Assembly: GCA_951406725.2 (NCBI GenBank)
Contig: OX597820.1
Coordinates: 47,616,001 to 47,680,000, forward strand
Reading direction: 5' to 3'
Length of the DNA stretch: 64,000 bases
Source of the DNA: Octopus vulgaris
Lineage: Eukaryota
The notes under the pieces are model-generated. The model saw only the letters and a list, made by a program, of their open reading frames with translations. It had not been told where the DNA came from and made no database searches. The translations under genes were made by a program, and so were the position numbers. Shown one piece after another: positions 28,235-39,830 of this stretch; position 1 is the first letter of the stretch, and each line of letters starts with the position of its first letter.

Positions 28235-28415
28235 ATCAGACTCAGTAACGACACCTCGGTCTCGTGCCACTTTCGCACATAGTCATTTCCTGCAACACCT
28301 GCCAGAGTTCGAACTGACCTTGTACAGAGGCCACTCGGACTCACGCCTCTTTCGAGAGCAGAAATTACTTTCTCTCTGCATTCTTCAGTCCCTCATGGTC
28401 TCAATTAACCTATAC
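28235..28415 (+). mobile_element. Penelope GIY-YIG C-terminal fragment
   Basis: SVSCHF..LYRGHSDSRLFREQKL..PHGLN. Confidence 0.6.
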
Positions 28416-28565
28416 CCACCTTCACGTAAATTTATATCCCCCCCCCACAACATTGCAGTGCTCCTCCTTTTCTATCCTCTCACCGCTACACTGTTAAACT
28501 CATTACCTACGCCGCACCCACCATTATGGCCCTACAGCTTATACATACACCTACACATATGTAAT

Positions 28566-28617
<52 letters not shown>

Positions 28618-28846
28618 CTCTCTCTCCTTCCCACTGGAGAACACACCAGTACCCACACTCTCACTTCCTTTCCTCCACGTACACTAGCATTTATGGAATC
28701 ACGCACCTTCAACTCTCAATCCCTACCACCCTTGTCACCTCTAATCCAACCAAGTCAACCCATATATACATCCCCCGACAACACAGACGTACGTCAGATA
28801 GCCTCACAAACACAGGAGCGCCATTACACCCATACACATACGCACA

Positions 28847-29020
28847 AGCACAAGAGTGGCTGTGTGGTAAGTAGCTTGTTTACCAACCACATGGTTCCGG
28901 GTTCAGTCCCACTGCGTGGCACCTTGGGCAAGCGTCTTCTACTATAGCCTCGGGCCGACCAAAGCCTTTTGAGTGGATTTGGTAGACTGAAACTGAAAGA
29001 AGCACGTCGTATATTATGTA

Positions 29021-29080
<60 letters not shown>

Positions 29081-29293
29081 AGCGTGTATGTTTGTATGTC
29101 TGTGTTTGCCCCCCCCCCATCGCTTGACAACCGATGCTTGTGTGTTTATGTCCCCCTCACTTAGCGGTTCGGCAAAGGAGACCGATAGAATAAGTACTGG
29201 GCTTACAAAGAATAAGTCCCGGGGTCGAGTTGCTCGATTAAAGGCGGTGCTCCAGCATGGCCGCAGTCAAATGACTGAAACAAGTAAAAGAGT
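28847..29293 (+). mobile_element. SINE family A, full length
   Basis: Head, CORE-like segment, internal (TA)n(TG)n and tail. Confidence 0.9.
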
Positions 29294-29551
29294 ATACATA
29301 TCAACTTCATATGTACACACTTTATCCAACAGCTCCATATACATACACCAACTGATAACAGAGGTACATACACTCGCTCACATACATACACACGCATAAA
29401 CACACTGAGTATTCACGCATAAACGCACATAATACACACGACCACAACTGTGTCGCTTACGCACTATATGCCCATACATACACGCTTGCACACGCACCTT
29501 GATTGTTGTTCCTTCACCTGGCAACTGTCTGTGACTTTTGTGTTTTCTTTT

Positions 29552-29883
29552 TGCACCTTGGGCAAGTATTTTCGGCTATAGTCTCGGTCCGACCAAAGTC
29601 TCATGACTGGATTTAGTAGACGGAAACTGAAAGAAGCCCATCGTATATATGTATTTATTTCTGTGTGTGTGTGTGTGTGTGTGTGCTTGTCTTCCACCGT
29701 CGCTTGACAACCAGTTGGTGTGTTTACGTCCCCGTAACGTAGCAGTTCGGCAAATATAACCCGATAGAATAAGTATTAAGCTTTAATAAAATAAGTATTG
29801 GGTCGATTTGTTCGACTAAAACCTTTCAAGACGGTGCTCCAGCATGACCGCAGTCAAATGAGTAAAACAAGTAAGAGAATAAA

Positions 29884-29885
<2 letters not shown>
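29552..29885 (+). mobile_element. SINE family A, 5'-truncated
   Basis: Family body and tail. Confidence 0.8.
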
Positions 29886-29935
<50 letters not shown>

Positions 29936-29952
29936 TGATAATGACATAAATA

Positions 29953-30018
<66 letters not shown>

Positions 30019-30079
30019 TTTTGCTATTTTATATATATATAATGCCAAAAGAAAAGAAATTATATCATGAATCCATTAA

Positions 30080-30240
30080 CCTACAGCTGTTTCTGCTATA
30101 AGGTGTAATGTGCTCATAGTTAAATGCTTATGTATCACCTTAAATAGCACTTCAAGTCTGAAACTACGATGAACCTATAGCGTGAAACACAAACATTCAG
30201 CTATGAGTGCATTGCACCTTATGGCAGAAACAGGTGTAAG
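30080..30240. repeat. Imperfect inverted repeat / hairpin element (~58-bp arms)
   Basis: TACAGCTGTTTCTGCTATAAGGTGTAATG.. pairs with ..CATTGCACCTTATGGCAGAAACAGGTGTA. Confidence 0.7.
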
Positions 30241-30651
30241 CTGAAGTCGATGACAGTTTCTTTGCCTCTGTTCATTTTACTTTCTTATTACTGGTCTGTA
30301 CTTGACACATCCCAAAATATTCAGTAGATTGATTGAGCTTTCAAATCATTAGACTCGAAGAAGTGAATAGACCAAACGAATTTATTACACACTTCCATAT
30401 ATTATAGCATGTATTAAATAACATTGTATACATTGTATTAGATATGGAATAAAGGATTTCGTCCGTTTACAGAGACACTTGTAAAGTCAATTTGACTTCT
30501 TTCCTCATTTAGATTATTACTTATAGAATTATGTATGCATGTATGTATGTGTCTGTATGTATGCATGCATGTATGTATGTCTGTATTTTCACACGCACGT
30601 GCACACACACATACACACACACTCACACACATACGGTCATATGTAATCTAT

Positions 30652-31035
30652 CACTTGTTTCAATCATTAGACAGCAGCCATGCTGGAGCATCGCCTTGAA
30701 ACATTATAACCGAACGACACGACTCTGCACTGTTTATCCCCTTCGGTCTCTTGGACCGAGTCGTTAAATTACGTAGACATAGACACCAACACCGGGTGTC
30801 AAGCTGGAGTAGGGGTAAACACTGACGCAAACACACACACATATACACACATTCAAAATAGATACATACACACGCATTTAAATACGACGAGCTTCGTACA
30901 GTTTCCATCTACTAAGTCCACTCACAAATGTTTGGTAGAACTGAGGCTATTATAGTAGACATTAGCCCAAGCTGCCATGTAATGGGATTGAACCTGGAAC
31001 CATGTGGTTGGGACACAAACGTTTAACCACTTATG
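30652..31035 (-). mobile_element. SINE family A, diverged
   Basis: Reverse-complement family head and tail. Confidence 0.7.
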
Positions 31036-31139
31036 AGCGCGCGCGCGCGTAGTTAATCTCAAAACTAACATTCCACTCTCCGCCTCCAGTCGCTCTTTCG
31101 TGAAAGCAACCGAGTAAATGAACGACAGGAAAGGTAGTG

Positions 31140-31217
<78 letters not shown>

Positions 31218-31693
31218 GTGTGAGAATCCGAGAGAAAGAGAAAGGGAGAGAATCCGAGGGAATGAAACAGAGTGAGAGCAAGAATGAAACTGAGATAGAC
31301 AGAATAATTCCTTGTAAAAGACGTCGAACTAGAGCTGAGAGATGAATAACTATGTGAGAGCTGATGAATATTTGAAGATTCGTAATTACAATCCACAGGT
31401 TGCTGGTCTCATGTCTTTTTTTCCTCGCTGCCGACGCAAGACTTTACCATTAACATTTCCTGTCAAACTTAATATGTTTAATTTACCTTCATTACCTCTG
31501 ATGTATTTAGTTTCTGCTATTGATGTACAAGGAAATTATGTAACAAACCATAGAACACACGGATTAATTTTCTGATATATATACTCACACATGTACATAC
31601 ATCCTTTTGATATATATATATAAAAATCTATACATATATACACATACATATATGCATGTATGTGTCTTATGTGTCTTTCTCTTCACCCCGAGC

Positions 31694-31728
<35 letters not shown>

Positions 31729-31779
31729 CTGTGTATAATATATGTATATATATATATGTATGTATCTATCCATGTGTAC

Positions 31780-31825
<46 letters not shown>

Positions 31826-31878
31826 GTGTATGTATGTATGTATGTATGTATGTATGTATGTATGTATGTATGTATGTA

Positions 31879-31909
<31 letters not shown>

Positions 31910-32490
31910 ATGGAGGTACATACAATTTATCATCTGCTCACTGAAAAACAACGTTACACTAGCAAGAAAACCAAATTACATTTTGTTTATTAAACGTCTA
32001 TTTACACAGCAATAGCAAATATATGTTTATTAAAGGTATTGATGTAAACATTTACAATTTAACTATATACAAGCCCACATACTGTTTCATCACTTTAGTT
32101 AATTAACACCTTCCCAGGTACTTCACGGCCAGTCTGATTTAGTACCATTCAGATTTCGAAATATCCTTTGTACCTAATATAGATCCAGGCCGAGCGAAAG
32201 ATGTATAGTCTTTGAAGATGACCGGGAGAAGTACGAATGAACGTGTGAAAGAAACGAGTGTCGCTGATAGCTATTACACTTAAATCAAATGTCTTGCAGC
32301 CGTTGATCAGGTGGCTGTCATTCTTCAGGGCGAAGAGCATTCCAGTACCTTTTTTACACTTGCACTATTGTCGTGATTGTTGTAAAGAAGCTAAATTAAG
32401 TGGTGTTTATTCCGTGTCTTCTTTGCCTTTCTGTTATTGTTACCTTTTCTTTGGGTTTTCCGAACGGGACTTTAGGCATTTGAAGTTTAT

Positions 32491-32564
32491 ATGAAATCTT
32501 TCATATCTTCTGGAGAATCTTATGTTACAACATAACATTCTCCAGAAGATATGAAAGATTTCAT
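32491..32564. repeat. Near-perfect palindrome, 36-bp arms, 2-nt spacer AC
   Basis: ATGAAATCTTTCATATCTTCTGGAGAATCTTATGTT-AC-AACATAACATTCTCCAGAAGATATGAAAGATTTCAT, with 1 mismatch. Confidence 0.95.
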
Positions 32565-32581
32565 GGCCGCGATAAACCCTA

Positions 32582-32756
32582 ATGCCTATCTCACTCTATC
32601 TCCCAAAATCCTATTCCGCCAATCTCCAGCTATCTCCGACTATCTCCGGCTATCTCCGGCTATCTCCGGCAATCTCCGGCAATCTCCGGCAATCTCCGGC
32701 AATCTCCGGTAATCTCCGGCAATCTCCGGAAATCTCCGGCAATCTCCGGCAATCTC
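32582..32756. repeat. 10-bp satellite array (AATCTCCGGC)n
   Basis: Seen directly; opposite orientation to 34005-34800. Confidence 0.95.
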
Positions 32757-32757
32757 A

Positions 32758-32817
32758 TGATAACCACATGAACAGTCCACCATCATGTATGATGGTGGAC
32801 TGTTCATGTGGTTATCA
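32758..32817. repeat. Perfect palindrome, 29-bp arms, 2-nt spacer GT
   Basis: TGATAACCACATGAACAGTCCACCATCAT-GT-ATGATGGTGGACTGTTCATGTGGTTATCA. Confidence 0.95.
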
Positions 32818-33412
32818 ACAATACTTTCTCATTTGAGGTTTTACAGAATAGGTTGTTTATCGCCTTATGAAGCATCTCACTATTTTACTTCTCTCTTAAC
32901 GTTGTGTGTAGTCTTATCGACTTCACGTTCAACTTTCAGATAACTGTGATGTGTTACCGTAAGTAAACAGTCGATCGGTGGTTGGGCGGAGTTTTCATCT
33001 TCTTGTCCGTAGACTATCTCCCCTTCCTTCCTTTTTCTGTACTTTCTGTTCCATACTCAGATTTCCATTTGTCATAAAGCTTTAGCCTTTTCTCAACATC
33101 GCTTTCAGACGATGCTTTGAAATCATTGCTTGCAGCTTCTGATCGATTATGTTCCATAGGAGAGGAGAGTCTTCTGTTTCTCATTGCCTCACATCCATGT
33201 CTATTGATACAGGCGAAGATTAGGATGAAGCAACTTTGTTTTCAATCTGAAAATCATATGAGTGGTGAACAGTAATGTTACTGCAGCAGTGGCACTAACG
33301 GTCATGCTTCACGCTTTGAACTTCATGAGTCTGCTAATCGGAGGAGGCCATTAGGCGATTTCGTCGATCCCGTTACTCAACTAGAACTTATTTTATCGAC
33401 CCCCAAATGGAT

Positions 33413-33543
33413 GAGATCACCATGTCTCGCACAAATGGTTGTGATGCATCTGCCTAGTGTACCCTTATCAGACCGATAGTCATGATGGGCTTCGAATATT
33501 TTACCCCAGTGACAATTTGATGGCACGCACTGTTCTCACACTC

Positions 33544-33608
<65 letters not shown>

Positions 33609-33610
33609 TA
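33413..33610 (+). mobile_element. 3' end of the TAA-tailed non-coding repeat
   Basis: Reverse complement of 17182-17325, followed by (TAA)n. Confidence 0.7.
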
Positions 33611-33639
33611 ATGATGATGAATGATGACGGCGATGATGC

Positions 33640-33995
33640 TTTCTTTCGGTATAGGACAATACAATGTTAGGTTACATAAAAAGCGTGTAAAAAATAAAAC
33701 AGGAAAATAAAAATAAAAGGAGACGGTCTAGGGCTGCTCGTGGAGACCCCACAAAAACCATGGTCATCCTGACTACTAGGCGAAGTGCTCTCTTCACATT
33801 GTCCTTCTTCAACTTACAGGCGCATACTTAGAGCAGGCTCGCTCATTCGGACCTTTCTTACAACAGTCACCCGCTTTTTAACAAAATTGCTGAGTAAGCG
33901 CTTCCCTCTCTACCATCACTTTGCTTTTCTAGTGAAACTTGAAAAAGTTGATGTGGGCTTGGCCAAAGCTAGGCTGACAGGATTTCCATGTCTGT
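33640..33995 (-). mobile_element. Probable Tx1/L1-like LINE 3' end
   Basis: Minus strand HINFFKFH*KSKVMVERE with a T-rich 3'UTR; motif similarity only. Confidence 0.35.
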
Positions 33996-34004
33996 AGAGC
34001 TTAT

Positions 34005-34800
34005 CCCGGAGGTTGCCGGAGTTTGCCGGAGATTGCCGGAGTTTGCCGGATATAGCCGGAGTTTGCCGGAGCTTGCCGGAGCTTGCCGGAGATAGCCGGA
34101 GACTGACGGAGATTGCCGGAGTTTGCTGGAGATTGTCGGAGTTTGCCGGAGTTTGCCGGAGATTACCGGAGATTGCCGGAGATAACCGGAGATTGCCGGA
34201 GATAGTCGGAGATTGCCGGAGATAGCCGGAGACTGACGGAGATTGCCGAAGTTTGCCGGAGCTTGCCGGAGTTTGCCGGAGATAGCCGGAGTGTGCCGGA
34301 GTTTGCTGGAGTTTGCCGGAGATTGCCGGAGATTACCGGAGATTACCGGAGATTGCCGGAGATAACCGGAGATTGCCGGAGATTGCCGGAGATAGCCGGA
34401 GACTGACGGAGATTGCCGGAGATAGCCGGAGATAGACGGATATAGCTGGATATAGCCAGAGATAGCTGGGGATTGGCGGAATAGCATTTTGGAAGATAGA
34501 GTGAGATAGGGGGAGATAGAGTGAGATAGGCGGAGATAGAGTGAGATTGGCGATGTTTGTCGGAGATTATCGGAGTTTGCCGGAGTTTGCAGGAGATTAC
34601 CGGAGATTGCCGGAGATAGCCGGGGATAGCCGGAGATTGCTGGAGATTGCCGGAGATAGGTGGAATACCATTTTGGGAGATTTCCCAATAATGCTGGGTG
34701 TTAAAACACCAGAGAGAGAGGGTGAGAGTAAGATTGGCGGAAATTGGCGTAGATGGCCGGAAATTTACGGAGATAGGTGGAGATTGGCGGAGATACGCGG
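34005..34800. repeat. 10-bp satellite array (GATTGCCGGA / GTTTGCCGGA / GATAGCCGGA)n
   Basis: Seen directly; variant units recur in higher-order blocks. Confidence 0.95.
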
Positions 34801-34802
34801 AG

Positions 34803-35875
34803 ATAAAATAAAATAAAATAAAAAAAATATAAAATGAAATAAGATAAAATAAAGTAAAAAATAAAACAAAATAAAATAAAAAATAAACTAAAAAAATAAA
34901 AATAAAATAAAATAAAACAAAACAAAATAGAATAAAGTAAAATAAAATGAAAAATAAAATGAAAAATCAAATAAATATTTTATGTTATTTTATTTTATTT
35001 GTTTATTTTTATTCTATTTTATCTTATTTTATTTTTTTTAACAAAAAAATAAATAAATCAATAAATAAATAAAATCAAATGAAATGAAAATAAAACAATT
35101 GAAAAATAAAAAATGAAATAATATAAAATAAAATAATATAAAATAAAATAAAAATAATAAAAATAAAATAAAATATAATAAAATAAACATAAAATAAAAT
35201 AAAATCACATAAAATGAAAATTAAAAAAGTGAAATAAAATAGAATAAAAAAAATAAGATAAGTTAAAATAAAATTTAAAAAAACAAAATAAAATAAAAAA
35301 ATAAAATAAAATAGAATAAAATAAAAAATAAAATAAAATAAAAAAATAAAAATAAAATAAAAAATATAAAAATAAATAATGAAAAAAAAAAGTAAAGTAA
35401 TGTATATAAGGTAAGGTATGGTAATAAAATAAAAATAAAATAGAATAAAATATAATAAAGTAAAATAAAAAAATAAGATAAAATAAAAAATAAGATTTAA
35501 AAAATAACATAAAATAAGTAAAATAGAATAAAATAAAAAATAATGCTAAATAATAAAATAAAATAAAATATAAAATAAAATAAAATAGAATAAAATAGAA
35601 TAATATAAAAGATAAAATGAAAAATAAATATTTTATTTTATTTTATTTTTTAAATTTCTTTTAATTTAATTTAATTTAATTTATTAAAATTGTTTTTATT
35701 TTACTATATCTTTAATTTTTTAATTTTTTAAAATTTTTATTTAAAAATATAAAATAAAATAAATTTAAAAAAAGATTTAAAAAAAAAAAAAAAATTTTTT
35801 TTTCCTATTTTATTTTATCTTATTATATTATTTTATTTTTTATTAATAAATAAAATAAAAGTTCTTTTACTTTTT
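34803..35875. repeat. Degenerate (AAAAT)n array with strand switches
   Basis: Almost pure A/T; orientation flips near 34977, 35040 and 35630. Confidence 0.9.
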
Positions 35876-36315
35876 TGATTTTCTGGTCGTTGTGATGGTG
35901 AACTTTGGTGCCTTAATTTGGGACAAATCCCGTTTAAGTTACCTTCCAGGTTCGTATTTAGCCATTTGAAAATTTTTCGCCATCAGGCAGGCAGCCTCCT
36001 GACGGGCGCGCTTCCTGTATAACCATTGGACAAGCGATTCGGTGTACTGTTAGAAATTTTCTTTTCAAGTAAAGTTAAATTATTATTAAGTTTTCATTTA
36101 AAAAAGAAATTACTACTAATCTTCATACAGGGACCTCATTTATCATCATTAGCAGCAGCAGCCCCAGTAGTTGTAGCAGCAGCAGCAATATCATTGTCAG
36201 CAGCAGCAGCGGTAGTAGCAATAGTAGTAGTAGTAGTGACAGCAGTAGCATTGGTAGCAGCAAGAGCTGCAGAAGTAGCAATAGTAGTAGCAGTGACAGC
36301 AGCAGCAGTGGGAGC

Positions 36316-36612
36316 ATCATCATCATCATCATCATCATCATTGTTCGACCGTGGTCGAGACAATGGAATTTACTATGTTACGCCAGACTTCACGGTCCAT
36401 CATAGCATTACGGAGGTCCTGTTGCTGGATGCCTGTATCCCTGGAGATTACATCAGGGTAGGAGAGTGTGCGCCCTCTGGTATTGCGAGTAGATGGCTTC
36501 CAGAGGAGAAGAGTAGAAATTACTTCTTTTTCAGCTCTACAACAATGTCCAGCAAACTGGACTCTCCTACCTTTCACAAGAGATGACACAGGTGGTAGTT
36601 TCCCATATATTT
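36316..36612 (-). mobile_element. RTE-clade LINE 3' end, 5'-truncated, with a (TGA)n tail
   Basis: QIYGKLPPVSSLVKGRRVQFAGHCCRA..LLLWKP..RGR..YPDVI..AMMDREVWR..*. Confidence 0.85.
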
Positions 36613-37088
36613 GCAGTGATAGCAGCATCAGTGGTAGCAGCAACAGCAGTAGCAGTAGTAACTGCAGCAGTAGTAGTAGTAGCAGTAGTAGTAGTAGTAG
36701 TAGTAGTAGTAGCATCAGTGGCAGTAGCAGCAGCAGCAGTAGTAGCTACAGCAGTAGCAGCACCTGTAGCAGCTGTAGTAATAGTAGTAAGTGTGGCTCA
36801 TGTAATTTTTTTTTTAGGTGGGATGGGGTCCGATCGGTCAAAAGAGTTCAAATGTCTACTACTACTAGCAACGAACAGTTACCTTAACCTTAAAAAAAAT
36901 TATTTGTGAATAGAGAAGTTGTGTTCGACCAGAGAGAATCTATTATTAGTATCATTATTTATTGTTACTATTATTATTGTACTACGGTGTCAGCTGTTCA
37001 CTACCAGTGAACTAAGGTAACACCTCTTAATTTTCGAGCACCTTCCGGAGTATCATTATTATTATTATTACTATTTTTATTATTAATT

Positions 37089-37144
<56 letters not shown>

Positions 37145-37644
37145 CATGATGTTTTTTTTTTTCGCAGTTCCACTTTTGAGCTAGTTTCCGCAATACAACA
37201 CCAAATAAAGGTTTGCTTTAGAATTTTTGCGACTTATGAAATTACAATAGTACAGAAAAATTCTATGACGCTCTTGTGTTTTAGAAAAAAAAAAAAAACT
37301 AACCTGCTGCCGTTTATGGAAATCGTTGTTGAAATTAACATTATTTTTCTTCTTCTTAAATTTATTAGCAACAACGGAAAAAAGAAGAGCAATAATACCA
37401 ACAACAGCAAAATCAACAACACTAGTATAATCTATTGCATGCAAGAAAGCAGGCAGAAAAGTAACAGCTGTTACAGAAACAATATGAGAAAAGCAATGAA
37501 AATACAAATGTTGGCAGCAATAGAAGTGTCTGATCTAAAGTAATAATGTAGAAGAAGCAGTGTTGGAAGAAAAGCAATAATATTAACAAGAAGAAAAACA
37601 GCAACAGTTAAAGTAACCCCGACGAAGGCAACAACAACAATTCT

Positions 37645-38065
37645 TTCTAATTTTGACACAAGGCCAGCAATTCTTGAAGGAAGAGGGCAAATTGATTGCG
37701 TCGATCCCAATACTTGACTGGTACCTATTCTATCGACCTGAAAATGGTGAAAAAGAAACTTGACCGGCGAAATTTGAGATCAGAATATAAAGAGCCGGGA
37801 GAAATATGGCTAAGTATTTTGTCCGACGCGCTAACGATTCTGCCAGTTTGCTACGGTAATGGTTTCAAATTTTGGCACAAGCCGAACAGTTTTAGGGGAG
37901 TGCGTTAGTCGTTACTATTGACTCCAATACTTGACTAACACTTTAATTTATCGACCCACCCAGAGGGTTGAAAAAAAAACAAACTTGGCCTCGGTGGATT
38001 AGTGAGTTGTAAGAGTTATTTTGACATTTTGTCCGACGCTCTAACGATTCTGCCAGCTCGTCTTA
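37645..38065 (-). mobile_element. Two tandem diverged SINE family B copies
   Basis: Reverse-complement family B heads (CTAACGATTCTGCCAG) at ~37830 and ~38040. Confidence 0.65.
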
Positions 38066-38132
38066 AAAGTGATAACAACAGTAGTAAAAAAAAGCTACAA
38101 GAACAGTTTTGTATAATAGCAACAACAATCAC

Positions 38133-38578
38133 AGTGGAGGCGCAATGGCCCAGTGGTTAGGGCAGCGGACTCACGGTCGTAAGAACGCGGTTTCGATTCC
38201 CAGACCGGGCATTGTGAGTGTTTATTGCGTAAAACACCTAACCCCACTGTACTCTTTCACCACAACTTTCTCTCACTTTCTTTCTACTTCTGCCACAGAG
38301 CAGAGGAACCATGGTGTAACCCACTATGGTGTGGTAAACTTTCAGACCCTAGTCCAGATTGCGAATCCTCTGTACGCCAGGATGGTTCAGCTCTCCACCC
38401 GTTAAAAAGCCACCGTTTACGGAATGAGGATGACAACGTAGCTTTCGCGCCCGTGCAACCGCGTGTGGTGGGTGGACCTTCAAGTTGCTACACGCATTCT
38501 TAGTAGCTTAGAGTGGACTCGAATTAGAGATTATTCTTTGTGGTTAATGACGTGAGTCCTGATTGGAAGAAGAAGAAC
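38133..38578 (+). mobile_element. SINE family C (tRNA head, (GAA)n end)
   Basis: GGAGGCGCAATGGCCCAGTGGTTAGG A-box and GGTTTCGATTCC B-box; same head as 52917-53188. Confidence 0.75.
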
Positions 38579-38959
38579 AACAACCACAGTTTATAGCACC
38601 ACTAAAATCAACAAAAATTATGGTTTCTACTTTAGACAGAAGATCATTAATTTTTTAGTCGATACCAACGATACCAGATCTTAGATTTGTAACTTATTTT
38701 TCGACCCGAAGGATTAAAGGTAAAGTTGGCTTCGGTGGGATTTGAACTCAGAATTAAATGAGATGTAATTTAATACTGTAAGGCAATTTTATGTCGATCT
38801 AACAATTCGACTAATCTACAATAATAATTCAACTCACAGTCTCAAATCAATTGGGTGTGCTAGGCAAGAACATTCCCGAAATACAATAATTATTTGTAAT
38901 TTAGGCACAATGTCAGCAGTTTTGACGGATAAGGTTTGTAAGCAATATTGATCCTAGAA

Positions 38960-39360
38960 AGGCGGCGAGCTGCCAGAAACGTTAGCACGCCGAGCGAAAT
39001 GCGTAGCCGTATTTCGTCTGCCGTTACGTTCTGAGTTCAAATTCCACCGAGGTCGATTTTGCCTTTCATCCTTTCGAAGTCGATAAATTGAGTACCAGTT
39101 ACGCACTGGGGTCGATATAATCGACTTAATCCGTCTGTCTGTCCTTGTTTATCTCCTCTGTGTTTAGCCACTTGTGGGTAGTAAAGAAATAGGTATTTCG
39201 TCTGTCTTTACGTTCTGAGTTCAAATTCCGCCGAGGTCGACTTTGTCTTTCATCCTTTTGAGGTCGACAAATTAAGTACCAATTGCGTTCTGGGTCGATC
39301 TAATCGACTCGCCCTCTCTCCCCAAATTTCGGGCCTTGTGTCTAGAGTAGAAAACAATAT
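38960..39360 (+). mobile_element. Dimeric SINE family B with a 14-bp TSD
   Basis: Two bodies with different tails; TATTGATCCTAGAA at 38946-38959 and 39361-39374. Confidence 0.85.
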
Positions 39361-39585
39361 TATTGATCCTAGAACTTCACTGGTAGTTTAATTCATTGTC
39401 TCCGGAAGGATGAAGGGTAATGTCATGTTTTTCGGGGGAAAAATTTGGAAGAGTGCTGTACATTTGTGTATTCGAGAAGAACTGGTAATCCGAGTTTATC
39501 GACTGTGGTAGTAAGTTCCTTGAAAGGTTTTCCTAAAATATCTTAGTTTATTAATTAGAGGGGCACAAAGCAGCGTTGACTGAAA

Positions 39586-39830
39586 TATAGTTATGCACAG
39601 TCGTATTTAACTTGTTCGTGTGCATTTGGACATGGAAAGTCAATACGATGTACAAGTGGTCTCGAGAGAAGAAGTTTTCTTTATAGATGATATGGCTATA
39701 AAGACCTATATCGTCAACACCGACGATGTTTATAAGGAGAATTTCTTCTCTCGCGACAACCTGTGTAGCGTATCGTCTTTCCAAGTCCGAATGAACACGA
39801 AAATGTTAAATATGAGTGTACAAAACTATA
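39586..39830. mobile_element. Fold-back hairpin MITE (~110-bp imperfect arms)
   Basis: TATAGTTATGCACAGTCGTATTTAAC.. versus the reverse complement of the right arm, TATAGTTTTGTACACTCATATTTAAC.. Confidence 0.75.

Noticed and set aside
33969-34688. 239-aa repetitive ORF (LRQSPAISGN)n
   Set aside because: It arises from a 10-bp satellite. The period is not a multiple of 3 and there is no coding context.
32582-34800. CRISPR-like array
   Set aside because: The tandem units have no unique spacers, there are no cas genes and the context is eukaryotic.
38136-38210. tRNA gene
   Set aside because: A/B boxes are present, but the sequence continues into a SINE body and a second copy has a TSD, so it is a SINE head.
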